A DNA stretch of 64,000 nucleotides, taken from the NCBI RefSeq assembly GCF_036321535.1, contig NC_087449.1:50034001-50098000 (forward strand), written 5' to 3'. The number at the start of each line of letters is the position of its first letter. Position 1 is the stretch's first letter. Below the pieces are notes generated by a model. It was not told the origin of the DNA, made no database searches, and was given only the letters and a program-made list of their open reading frames with translations. The DNA comes from Camelus dromedarius (lineage: Eukaryota). This document shows, one piece after another, positions 21,770 to 31,929 of the stretch. Both the position numbers and the translations under genes were made by a program.

Positions 21770-22860
21770 CAGGGTACACAAAATTAAAACCACGATTAGA
21801 CATACACTTTAGGGAAAATGCAGAGCACCAAGAAAAGAGAAAAATCTGTAAAAAGTAGCTGGGGAGAAGACAGATGCTTCCCAGGGAATGAGAACAGGCA
21901 GCAGAGTCTCCCCAGCAACAGCAGAGGACAGAAAGCCACGGGATAAAATGTTTTTAGTGCCCAATGAAACAAGCAAAGTAAAATTCTAGACCCAGCCTAA
22001 GTTATCACTCAGAATGGAATGAGGAAGAAATACATTTTCAGGCAATGAGACACTTGCAAGCCCTTTTAAAAGAACTGATTTAAAAAATCACTCAGGAAGG
22101 AGGCCATTGAGCCTAGAAAGAAAGAGAGGAGCAAGCCAGCAATAGGGAGCAGAAAAAAAAAAAAGGGTAAATTTGGGGCGGATCATAGTAAGTCAGTGTA
22201 GCCCCCTTGGCCATCCTGATCACAACCAGCGCGGGGACACCGAGGAGGCGGGACCACGGTCCAGAACGCACAACACTGAAGTGGAAAGGATGTCAGAGGA
22301 AACATATTCTGGGTCTTTGTGCTGCTCAGAGCTAGGGGAGGGATATCGATCTACTTTAGACTGTGTTCAGTCAAGTGTGCTTATTATGATTTTTAAGGCC
22401 AAATTAAAAAAGAGAATGGAATATGGAATTTCCAAACCAGTAGATGGGAAAGAGGAAATAAACAGAATCTGGTCAATATGAATGGGGAGGGGNNNNNNNN
22501 NNNNNNNNNNNNNNNNNNNNNNNNNNNNNNNNNNNNNNNNNNNNNNNNNNNNNNNNNNNNNNNNNNNNNNNNNNNNNNNNNNNNNNNNNNNNNNNNNNNN
22601 NNNNNNNNNNNNNNNNNNNNNNNNNNNNNNNNNNNNNNNNNNNNNNNNNNNNNNNNNNNNNNNNNNNNNNNNNNNNNNNNNNNNNNNNNNNNNNNNNNNN
22701 NNNNNNNNNNNNNNNNNNNNNNNNNNNNNNNNNNNNNNNNNNNNNNNNNNNNNNNNNNNNNNNNNNNNNNNNNNNNNNNNNNNNNNNNNNNNNNNNNNNN
22801 NNNNNNNNNNNNNNNNNNGGAAACAGAAAAATCCTTGCAATTAAAAGCACAAAGTATAAG
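21770..22860 (+). mobile_element. Very old L1 ORF1 3' half / HAL1-like fragment, interrupted by the assembly gap
   Basis: A-rich text aaattctagacccagcctaagttatca...gaaatacattttcagg, typical of the ORF1 C-terminal region. Confidence 0.6.
22493..22818. other. Assembly gap (326 N)
   Basis: Run of N. Confidence 1.
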
Positions 22861-23129
22861 GTAGAATCCGGATTCTGCTTTTCACATCTGTGTCTGCTTT
22901 GGGCAAGTGACTTAATGACATCACCTCCCTGACCTTGATTCCTTCATTTGAAAACTGGAGACCACAGCACGTTTGTTACTGATTATAACAGCAAGTTCAT
23001 CTAAGAGCTGCCAGGAGAATTAATGCAGGGAGCCTCCTAGAAGAGGGAGCTGCTGTCACCGGGATCACAGTCCCTCTGTGCCAGGCACTTCCTCTGTGTC
23101 CTCAGCACCATCTCAGTTCCCCTTGCAGC

Positions 23130-23420
23130 AGCTCCGCAGGCAGGCACCACCACCATCACTTTGCTGATGAGGAAACAGGCCCAGTGGCAAGAGGCTTGCT
23201 GAGGTCCCACAGCTGGGGAATGGCTGAGCCTGGACACAAACTCAGGTCCTCTGACCTGAAGCCACTTGCTGACTCTGGGACTGTGCAGCTGATGTCACCT
23301 CCCTGGGCCTCAGTTTCCTACTCTGTGCATTGTGGGCGTGCAAGGCAGTCGTGAGGCTGAGCGGGGACAAAGCCTGTGAACCATCGGCACATTCCCAGCA
23401 CGAGTGACAGGTCAGTAAGT
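23130..23420. mobile_element. Two MIR fragments (minus, then plus)
   Basis: gatgaggaaacaggcccag...ggtcccacagct and cacctccctgggcctcagtttcc...gtcgtgaggctgagcggggaca. Confidence 0.7.
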
Positions 23421-23769
23421 GTTGTGACTGCCTGCACTGTGCAGACAAAGGACCTGGAGCAGAGACAGGCCCAGAGCCCAGGCAAGACCCCCTATACAAG
23501 CTGGCTTGGAGGATCAAGCCCCCGGCTGGAGTGATGGAGTGGGAGGGGCCTGAGTGCCTGGTTCCAATGACTTAAACCAGCGCTGGCCTGGGTGATGAGT
23601 GAATGAGTAAATGAATGAATGAAGGGCCCTCGGTTCTCCTCCATGCTCCTGTCATTCCCATAAGTGTTCTTAGCACCCAGGAGCCTCCCCAGCCAAAAGC
23701 AGTTCTGAGAAGCCTCAGGGCAGCAGGACAGGGCAGGCCCTTCTTTAGGGCAAACGAGGCTGCCTGACA

Positions 23770-23925
23770 TCCTGCTTTATTTCTCTCCTCCGCACTGATC
23801 ACCACCTGACACCTGTCACCTGTCATGTCTTCACCCCTCTGATCTGGGTTGCCAGCCCAACGCCAGCTCCATGGAGCAGGGACTTTGTTTACTGCTGAGT
23901 CTCACATAGCAAGTGCTTAGGAAGT
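23770..23925 (+). mobile_element. L2 3' end fragment
   Basis: gcactgatcaccacctgaca...agctccatggagcagggactttgtttactgctg. Confidence 0.7.
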
Positions 23926-24164
23926 GACATCACTTGACCTTGAAGTGACATCCCCGAGCCTCAGTTTCCCTATCTGCCTGATGGGAGGATGATGCCCCTT
24001 TGCAGCTGTTGTGGGGACGCAGTGAGACTGTCTGTCCTGTCCTGAGTGCCAGCCACACGGGCAGGGGCGAGGGGCTGCCCTTCGCCTCTTTGCAACCAGG
24101 GACCTTGTGTAAGAAATGGGTTTTATGGACATCACGGTGTGAGCCTCTTCCTTTTCCTTTTTCC

Positions 24165-24250
24165 CTTTGATGATAAAGCTTTCTGCTGTCAAGGCTTTAT
24201 CAGAAGAATAAGAGATTATCAAACTGGCTAAGCAGCCCATCAAAGAAATT
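24165..24250. promoter_or_regulatory. GATA/MEIS/TCF motif cluster containing a palindrome
   Basis: tgataaagcttt-ctgctgtc-aaggctttatca (24171-24202), a third GATA ttatca at 24216-24221, and CATCAAAG at 24238-24245. Confidence 0.45.
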
Positions 24251-24400
24251 CCTAAAGGGACAAAGAGGTAGGGAGCGTCTCTCCCAAGACCACCTCTGCT
24301 TTATCTTCCTTCTTCATTTAGTCAATAACACTTACTACCATTTTTTGATGCTTGAAATATCCCAGAAACTGCCATTTTTCTCACATTCCTCCATTTAAAG

Positions 24401-24632
24401 CAGTAGTTCTCAAGTCTGGGGTTGATTTCTGCCCCTCAGGGAAAGTTTGGCAAAGTTTAGAGATTATTTTGGTTGTGACAACTTAGTGGGAGTGGGGTGG
24501 GGACGTGTGTTCCTGACTTGTGGCCAGAAGAGGCCACATCTGCTGCTGAAATTCTACAGTGTACAGGAAAGGCCCCCAGAAAAAGAACGATCTGGCTACA
24601 AATGTTGAAAGTCCTGGAGTGGAGAAAACCGG
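24401..24632 (+). mobile_element. MER20 (hAT-Charlie), full length
   Basis: cagtagttctcaag...gatttctgcccctcagggaaagtttggcaaag...ttttggttgtgacaact...gagaaaaccgg, with a degenerate 8-bp TSD (atttaaag / attggaat). Confidence 0.9.
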
Positions 24633-24714
24633 ATTGGAATCCATCCAGCAACCTTGTGAGAGTGATCATCTCCAACCTGAGAAATGAGGAGACGGGGTTC
24701 TGGAACATAAAGTG

Positions 24715-25010
24715 AAGCCTGCACAAGGATGTGGCTGAGGTTAAATGAAGTTATAAGAATGAGTCTCTGATCTAAAGGATTAGAGTATTTATAGGAAGAG
24801 GAGCCAGAGTGCTCGCCCCCAGAGGCAAACACAGAGGAAAGGCCACGTGAGGGCACAGCGACCAGGTGGCCTCCTGTAAGCCTGGAGGACGGCCCTCGCC
24901 TGAAGTCCACCATGCTGGCACCTCGATCTTGGACTTCCAGCCTCCAGAGCTGTGAGAAAATAAATTTCTGTGGTCTAAACCACTCAGTCAGTGGTGTTTT
25001 GAGCTGCATA
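24715..25010 (+). mobile_element. MLT1A/B MaLR LTR, 5' part missing
   Basis: ggccacgtgagggcacagc...gctggcacctcgatcttggacttccagcctccagagctgtgagaaaataaatttctgtggtctaaacc. Confidence 0.88.
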
Positions 25011-26499
25011 ATCTCCCCTAACAGGAGTCAGTGCATCATGTGAAAAGGACGCTTTAAATGCCCGTGTTTAATTGGGTAGAAGGAAATTTGATCTCATTTC
25101 ATGGGAGTCACTGCTGCCTGTTTCTCCTTTAATTTTTATAGCTTCTTCCTTGGTCTCCAAGGGCAATTTGTGATGATCGAGAACAGTTTGAGAAATGTAG
25201 CAAAGACAGGAGGAGTCCCAGCTGCCTGCCCAGCCGCCTGTGAGGTGGCCTGGAGGTGTCCTTGGCTTCCTGGAAAGGTGAGCAGGGACCCCATGACCCA
25301 GTTCCTGGGGCACCTGCCAGGGCTGCCCCGGCGAGGCCAGACCTGCTGCAGGAGAGCAGAGAGCGTGGACGAGTCCGGCCAGAACGGCCTCGCAGGCAGA
25401 GCTCATGGAGGTGACCTGCCAGGATGGTCACTTGGTCTCTATGCTCAACACCTTTGCCTGAGATGGGAGACAGGTAAGTCCTGGAACTGATGAAGGTCCT
25501 ATAGATGATGGACCCAAGGTGACTTGTTGTCATGGATTCCCTGGGCCCACCAGGGTCACCCCCAGGGTCCTGAACCCTTGGACGAGGGCACTGATCAACT
25601 CGGCTTCACAGAACTCCTTTCTGTGCTCTCCTCACTGGCTTGTCATTGTTAGCAGTTTGGATGCAGTCCACCTTCCTCCCCATGGAGTTCAGGCTCTTGT
25701 GATCCGCTTGGCCTCCCTCTTAGGCTGGTCTGCCCCCTGCCATGGCCAGTTCCATCAGGGCTGATTGGGGAGGGGGTTGGCTGTCACCCAAATGGTCAGG
25801 AGGGTCAGACGCAGACAAGGGTATAAGGGACCACCCAGCACACCTGCAGGCGGGACTTGTCAGATGGAGTTTCCAGCACCTTAGAGAGAGAGGAGGCAGT
25901 TTGAGTGAGCTGGACTATTTAGCAAAGCAGACTTCTGGAAGCAGGAAGACGTTCCAGAGTCACAGGTGCAAATACACAGCGTTCAGTCCACATGATGGAC
26001 AGCAGGGACGGCATCGAGGTCATTGTCAGGGGCCTGGGATCTCCATCCAGCTCCTCCAGGCACTCAGGGGGAACTCAGCAGGTCTCCGCCCCCATCCCTG
26101 TGCGGGATCAGACCCACATGCTGACCTCTCATCACTGCCAGGTCAGGGTCAGGGTCAGTGTGGGGACCTGGAGATACATTAACTCTCTCACACTGTCGTC
26201 AGAGTGGAGCCCCACGGCCCCGCATCACAGCCCGTTGATACTCTGCACAGTCGCACCAGTTTCCAGACATTCAGGCCCACCAGGTGTTGGGGGCAGTGCC
26301 CAGGGAGCAGAGGAGGGGCCAAGACAGGCAGACACCAGTGGAGTCGTGGAAATGAGTGACACTCGGGAGAACGTCAGTGACGGGGCCATTGTGAGAAGCT
26401 CCGTGAGCACGTGCTGAGTGGCTGCCTGCTGATCAAACCTCGTTGTTCTGAAAGGGACTGAAGCGGCTTCTCAGACCCACACTGCACAACAAGATGCAT

Positions 26500-26625
26500 G
26501 TGTTCCTCCACCAGCCTCCACTGAGCACCTACTGTGTGCAGACACTGTGCTGGGACCTGATCGCACACTGAGGATGGGATCAGCTCCACCCTCAGGCTGG
26601 TGGGGGAGACACAGAGACCCCGTTA
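26500..26625 (-). mobile_element. L2 3' end fragment
   Basis: cactgagcacctactgtgtgcagacactgtgctggg. Confidence 0.7.
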
Positions 26626-26924
26626 CCTGGTGATGAGGATGTAGCTGAGCTGTGGGGACACACTTGGTGGTGACTAACTCTGACGCTGAGCTGGGTCTAC
26701 AGTGAGAGCTCCCGGGTGACCTGAGGAGTTTGGGAATTTGAGACCATCTTCACTTCACAGGGGAGGAGCCCAGATGGGGGAGTAACTTGCCTGATGTCCT
26801 GGATCCAGGTTTTCCCAAACCTGAGCTCTGTCCCCAGCATCACCTGGCCGCGGGGTCTCATAGGACAATCATGGCGATGGCGCCAAACCCCTAACTCATT
26901 CCCAGGCCGCACAGCACACTTTCC

Positions 26925-27150
26925 CACGCCGGCAGTAATTACACCTCCCAGAGGTTAATCTGCAAGGAGACAGTGAAAATGTGTTATTTAAATAGCAATT
27001 ATTAAAATCATGCTGGGGGTTTGCTGCATAATAGGTAATTATCTGTGACCTAATTGGGAAAACAATGCAGTCAATTCCGTTTAGCTCTTCCCTCTGAACC
27101 CAGAGCTAATCCCTCCAAGCAGCGCGCCTTCTGCTGAATAAGGTTCTTTT
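26925..27150. promoter_or_regulatory. Candidate enhancer with a dense homeodomain-site cluster
   Basis: TAATTA at 26936 and 27036, TAATTG at 27051, plus ttaatct, caattattaa and cataata within about 130 bp of AT-rich unique sequence. Confidence 0.5.
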
Positions 27151-27401
27151 TGAATCTAAAATGAGGGCACCTTAGGCAGTTCTGTGGCCAAGATCTGCCA
27201 AGGCCTTGGCCTCCTGCCTGGTTGGAGACACTGCCCTTGGACTTCGGGGGTTTGCTACTCCCGGGCACACACGTGTTCAGGAGCCCACTCACACATGTTC
27301 ACCTCTTGAGCTTTTGCTCATTCATTTCTGGTTGCTTGCAGCCCTCTCTTCACAGACATTTAGGTGTTAATTTATTCTGCCCCCATCCCTGTTTTTCCAG
27401 A

Positions 27402-27490
27402 TTTTTTTTTTAACAGAAGTACTGGGGATTGAACCCAGGACCTCATGCCTACTAAGTATGCGTTCTACCACTGAGCGATACATGCTCCCC
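27402..27490 (-). mobile_element. Camelid tRNA-Ala-derived SINE (vic-1 type)
   Basis: T-tail followed by gaagtactggggattgaacccaggacctcatgcctactaagtatgcgttctaccactgagcgatac; no clean TSD. Confidence 0.9.
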
Positions 27491-27509
27491 TCTCCGGCCT
27501 TTCACCCCT

Positions 27510-27790
27510 TGTTTTGTTCATTCCTTCCTTCATTCTTTCTTTGTCCATCTGTGCACCCAGCTCCTCGCACAGTCACCAGAGAGTTCTTTGTTCTTTCCTC
27601 CTTTATTTCCCAGTTCATTCATTCACTCATTCCTGACTGTGCCCATCCATTCAGCACCTTGTGGATGCATTTACTCATCATTTCCTTGTTCATTTGTTCA
27701 TGAGTTTATGCATTTGTTTGTTCTTTCATTCATTCAACACTCATGTACTATCTGTTGGCACAGGGTCCTCCCCTGGGCTTTAGTGCAAGC
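27510..27790 (-). repeat. TTCA/TTCC-rich low-complexity tract, probably L2 3' tails
   Basis: Repeated ttcattcattc variants ending in ttcaacactcatgtactatctgttggcacag. Confidence 0.6.
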
Positions 27791-28149
27791 TTTCCACCCT
27801 GCAGTCCTGCCCCAGTCCAGCCCCGGCCCCAGTCTTCATTTCTGGAGATACATCCTCGGACCCCGCTGGGTGATGTCTGGCCTGGCCACCTTTCCCACCC
27901 TGTGGGTGGATGGGGCTTAGTTCTGCTGGAGAAACTCTGGGACCCAAGAGTGATCCCACCCGAGGGCTGAGGGAACTGGGGCTCCTTGTTGAGGGCTGTT
28001 GCCAAGGGAGTTAATTCCCTGCCCCCTCTGGCCTGCACCGAAGGAGATTGAAATGGGCTTAGAAGGCTCGAGAGGGTCTTCAGGCAATGGAATATAGGAG
28101 CTGGGCTTTAGAATTCAGGCAGGCACCGGAAGAGTAGAGCCACGGTCTA

Positions 28150-28520
28150 TGGCTGGGCCATTGATGGTGTTTACAGTAATCATAAAATGAGGGTAAGAAG
28201 GCAGACCTTAAAGACAGTGACTTGTAAACAGATGGAATTTTATGGTGACACTGAGCTTCCAAGCCTGGATGACTCAGAAGGTTGTAGAATAAATCTTGTT
28301 CACTGGGGACAAAGGTGAGGGGCAGCCTGGGGGGAAAGATGATGAGCTAGGTTTTGTCCATGTTGCGTTTCAGGGCATTGAGTTTGAAATGATGAGAGGC
28401 GGTGACTGAGAGAAGTACAGAGAATAGGTTGAAAGGGCCCTGAGGTTAAGCAGGAAGATCTGGGGTGAGTCTCACCTCTGTGGCTCTCTCTGGGGCTGAG
28501 GTCAGCAGAACCCACCTCTC
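28150..28520 (-). mobile_element. L2 internal 3' fragment
   Basis: ccaagcctggatgact...gggggaaagatgatgagctaggttttgtccatgttgcgttt. Confidence 0.75.
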
Positions 28521-29299
28521 ACCGCATCCTTCTCTGCTCGATGTGTAAGCAAGAGGCCGTCTGAACCATCAGTTGTCAATGACGTGTTCTGGTTTGAAAT
28601 TGGTTTGAGGCTCCTAAAATAGCCAAGCTGAACTTCACTGCCTTGCTGAGCTGCTTCAGAGCCCACTGAGCACCTAGTGTGTAGACGGCAATGAGTTTGG
28701 GATGATGAGATCAGGCTGAAATGGGACAAGGGCGGAAGGATCTGGAAGAGACAAATGTAGAAGTTGACCCCGAGGTGGTGCGTGCCCCAACCCCATTCCT
28801 CCCCAGTATGGGGACCAGGGTCCACCTTCTTTAGGCAAGTGTGGGTCCCTCTCCCGGGGCCCCTGCTCTCGGGGCTGGAGGGATGTGGCAGCAATTTCCC
28901 TGGCATCTGACTGCTCAGGCGTCACCTTGACACCCTGTCAGCTGGGGGACCCCTGCTGAGACCTAGAGGAGAGTGAGAAACTCACTGGGCTCTCAGCCCC
29001 CAGCAGCTTTCTCTAACCAAGTTTTACCGGGTAGGACTCATAGAGGGTGGTCCCACGGGACAATGTCCTTTTCTCAATTGGTCCTCCAGGGAAGGGGGCA
29101 GGGCCTCTGTGACTGGCCCCTAGGAGAGAGATGCCAGCTTTCCATAAACCCACACTGCAGTCACTCTCATTGTCAGCATTTGGGGACCTTCAGAAAGGTG
29201 CAGACCGGCTTCAGGGTCCTTTCCTGTTTTCAGGACTTCAGAGCCCAGGCACCTGCAGAACATGTGATCTGAAGACCACATACCTACAACCCAGGTCTG

Positions 29300-29700
29300 G
29301 CTGGTGCCCTCGGGCTTGTCCTGTCACCTCTTTGAGTCTCTGGTTCCTCATTTATGAATTGATATCCACCTCCTAGGATTATGGGGAGGATTAAAATCGA
29401 CAACGAGTATAAGGATATTTAGCTTACTTGGACCTCTCATTTATAGCCGAGTCATTATCTCCCCAGGAAAGATAGGACGGTATTTTCCTGCACTTTTGTT
29501 CCTTAAATAATCCCAAACCCTCCAGGATTACATTTCCCTCCACTGCCCCCAACATTTATTGCCCTTCCGTTGTAACTAATTTAAAATTTAGGAGGGACCT
29601 TAGAGAAGGACTAGTCCAATTGGGGAAACTGAGGCATGGGGGCAGACAGTGGGTTGCAGGTGACCCAGCCAGCTGTGGCAGAGACTGGCCCCCACCAGGA
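29300..29700. mobile_element. Two MIR fragments (plus about 29300-29430, minus about 29595-29700)
   Basis: ctcctaggattatggggaggattaaaat; ggggaaactgaggcatgg...gtgacccagcc. Confidence 0.6.
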
Positions 29701-29929
29701 GGCTCAGCTCAGTGGCTCTGCCTCACGGGTGTCTGCCTCTCAGCTCCCTGGAGTTGCCTACAAGCTTGCCTTGGATTCTTTGCCAGTTTCTCTCACCAAG
29801 ATCAAAAACTGACAGCCATGAAACCCGGCTTTCCACAGCTGGAGGCTAATTTGCCTTGGGGCCGCTTTTTTGTTTGTTTGTTTGTTTTCTTCTTAGAATT
29901 ACCTCCTCTGCTTAAAAGGCACATTAAAA

Positions 29930-30330
29930 AAAAAACCTAAAGTGGCTGTCAGTTTCACACCAAAAGCAAACACGTGACCTGGCCCCTGTGTGAATGCAGC
30001 ATCACATCTAGTTAAAAGATCCATCAAATGAATGTATTACAGGAAGAAAAGGTTTGATTTGGGAAATTTCAAGCTACCAAACACATATTTTTGCCTTCCA
30101 ACCTTTTAAATATATAATTTTTAACTGAGAAAAAGAAAGTCATTTTCAAAGGTTACCTTCCCCTTAAAAATATCCGAATGTGTGTAATTTAAGCTTGTGT
30201 TGAATGTGTGAAGTGTGAGCGTTTTATCACTTATATAACTTGCCCTCTTCTCTTGCTCCAACACAGGAGATTTTCTCCCTGCACAGCATCAGAGGCAATT
30301 TCTCTTTGTAGCCTGAGGTTCTGACCTTTC
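29930..30330. promoter_or_regulatory. Candidate enhancer with a canonical PBX-HOX site
   Basis: MEIS CTGTCA 29946-29951, E-box CACGTG 29971-29976, and ATCCATCA 30019-30026 (TGATGGAT on the minus strand) in AT-rich unique sequence. Confidence 0.5.
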
Positions 30331-30514
30331 CATCCCTTTGGAGGGACTGAGTTCAGGTGAGCGCTGGCTGGCAGCTGTGAGATTCCATTTCGGATTTCTT
30401 AGGAGCTTCCAGTACCGATCATCATGGCTTGGTCTCCTGAGGGTCTACTGTGTGCCAGGTGCTGTGCTGGTGTTTTTTAAATTCATTTCCTCGAAGTCTC
30501 ATGCTCTCATCTAG

Positions 30515-31130
30515 ATTCAACCTACCATCATCACCCACAGCCTGGATTATTCTGCCCAACCATCTCCCTGATTCCAAACTTGCCTCCTATGGTCTCTTCT
30601 CCACTGAGCAGCAGGAGAACCTTTAACAATGCCAAGCAACCACCTCGCTCCTCTGCTCACACCCTCCATGGCTCCCATCTTTCTGGGATAAAGTAAGAGT
30701 CCTTCCCTGGCTCCCAAGACCCCTGTGACCATCCACCCTCACTTTGCCCCAACCACATGGGTCTCCTTGCTGACCCTCGGGTGTACTGGACACACTTCTG
30801 CCTCCCATCTCTGCACTGTGGTCCCCAAAGCCTGGGGCACTCGCCCCAGGTCCCCTCATGGCTCACAGCCTTACCTCCTTCTGTTCTGTGCTCATGTGAG
30901 TCCTTCCCAGAAAGGCCCTTCCTGACCCACATGAAACTACACCTCAGCCTCCTGGCACTTCTCCCCTCTCCTCCAGCCTAGTTTAATCTCCTGATCACTT
31001 ACCACTGCCTGTTCACCTTGTTTATTGAATACTTTCATCAAAAGGTGAGCTCCATATGGTAGTGACTTTGGTCTTTCTGTTCATGGGTAAATACTGAGCT
31101 GCTAGAACACTGACTAAGACATACATACTT
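30515..31130 (+). mobile_element. L2 3' region
   Basis: ccatcatcacccacagcctggattatt...ctcctctgctcacaccctccatggctcccat...cagaaaggcccttcctgacc. Confidence 0.85.
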
Positions 31131-31139
31131 ATTGTATGA

Positions 31140-31440
31140 AGGAATAAAAGATTTGCACTTGATGTGCATGGAATCAAGAGCATACAGACAAGAACCAAGA
31201 AAACAGATAAAGAATATAATATTTCTAATAGTGGTAGGTGTGGTGCTATGAAGAAAATAAAGCAGGACTGGCTAACTGCTTTAGGTTGGGATCCAGGAAA
31301 GCCTCCTGGAGGAGGTGACATTTAAGCTGAGACCTGGATCTCACAGACCAGACAACAGGCTTTGGGTGGGATGACTTGCCTGAGACCTTGCAGGTGGTGA
31401 TCCTAGTGGAGCAGGTTTGGAGGTCACAGGAAATGTGTAT
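31140..31440 (-). mobile_element. L2 fragment
   Basis: gtgctatgaagaaaataaagcagg...gaaagcctcctggaggaggtgacatttaagctgagacctgga. Confidence 0.85.
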
Positions 31441-31929
31441 CCAGGCTCCTGGGGACCTCTCCTGAATCCCCCAAATGGACAGAGCCCTCAGTCCTGGAGT
31501 GCCCTGTGCTGACCTCACCCTAGCCTTTTGCCCACTGAGTTGTGGTCATTACTCCATCTAGTTCCCTTCCCTATGGGAACTGAGAGTGTCATTCAGTGGG
31601 ATCAACAGGGCCTCGTGCATCCCACATCCTCAGGGCCAACCACAGGGCCTGGCACACAGTGGGTGTCTCTGCAGGTGAGTTTTGAATGAATCTCAGGTGA
31701 AGCAGGTGAGGGTGTGTTGCAGGATGTAAGCTTCATGGACGATTAAGCTGTGAGAGTCCTAGAGAAAACTGAGATCATTTTATCAAAATAGAGGACTTGA
31801 GACCCAGGGTAGGGTATGGTCTTGAGGTCACTCTGTGAAATAAATCATATAAATGATATAAAAATAAGACTCTGCATTTGAAGTTAACACATTTCCTCAA
31901 CCTGAAAAGCCATGTGCATACTCTTAAAA

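Noticed and set aside
22367-22864. ORFs of 120-157 aa (also 61681-62171)
   Set aside because: Artefacts of N-runs translated as X.
25742-26417. Overlapping 146-aa and 141-aa ORFs
   Set aside because: No domain; several frames are open simply because of high GC content.
27651-27671. REST/RE1 site (ttcagcacc...)
   Set aside because: Only the left half-site matches, and it lies in L2-tail low-complexity sequence.
14190-30330. Naming the neighbouring gene from the enhancer-like elements
   Set aside because: I cannot recognise the locus from memory; a BLAT of the candidate elements to human would be needed.
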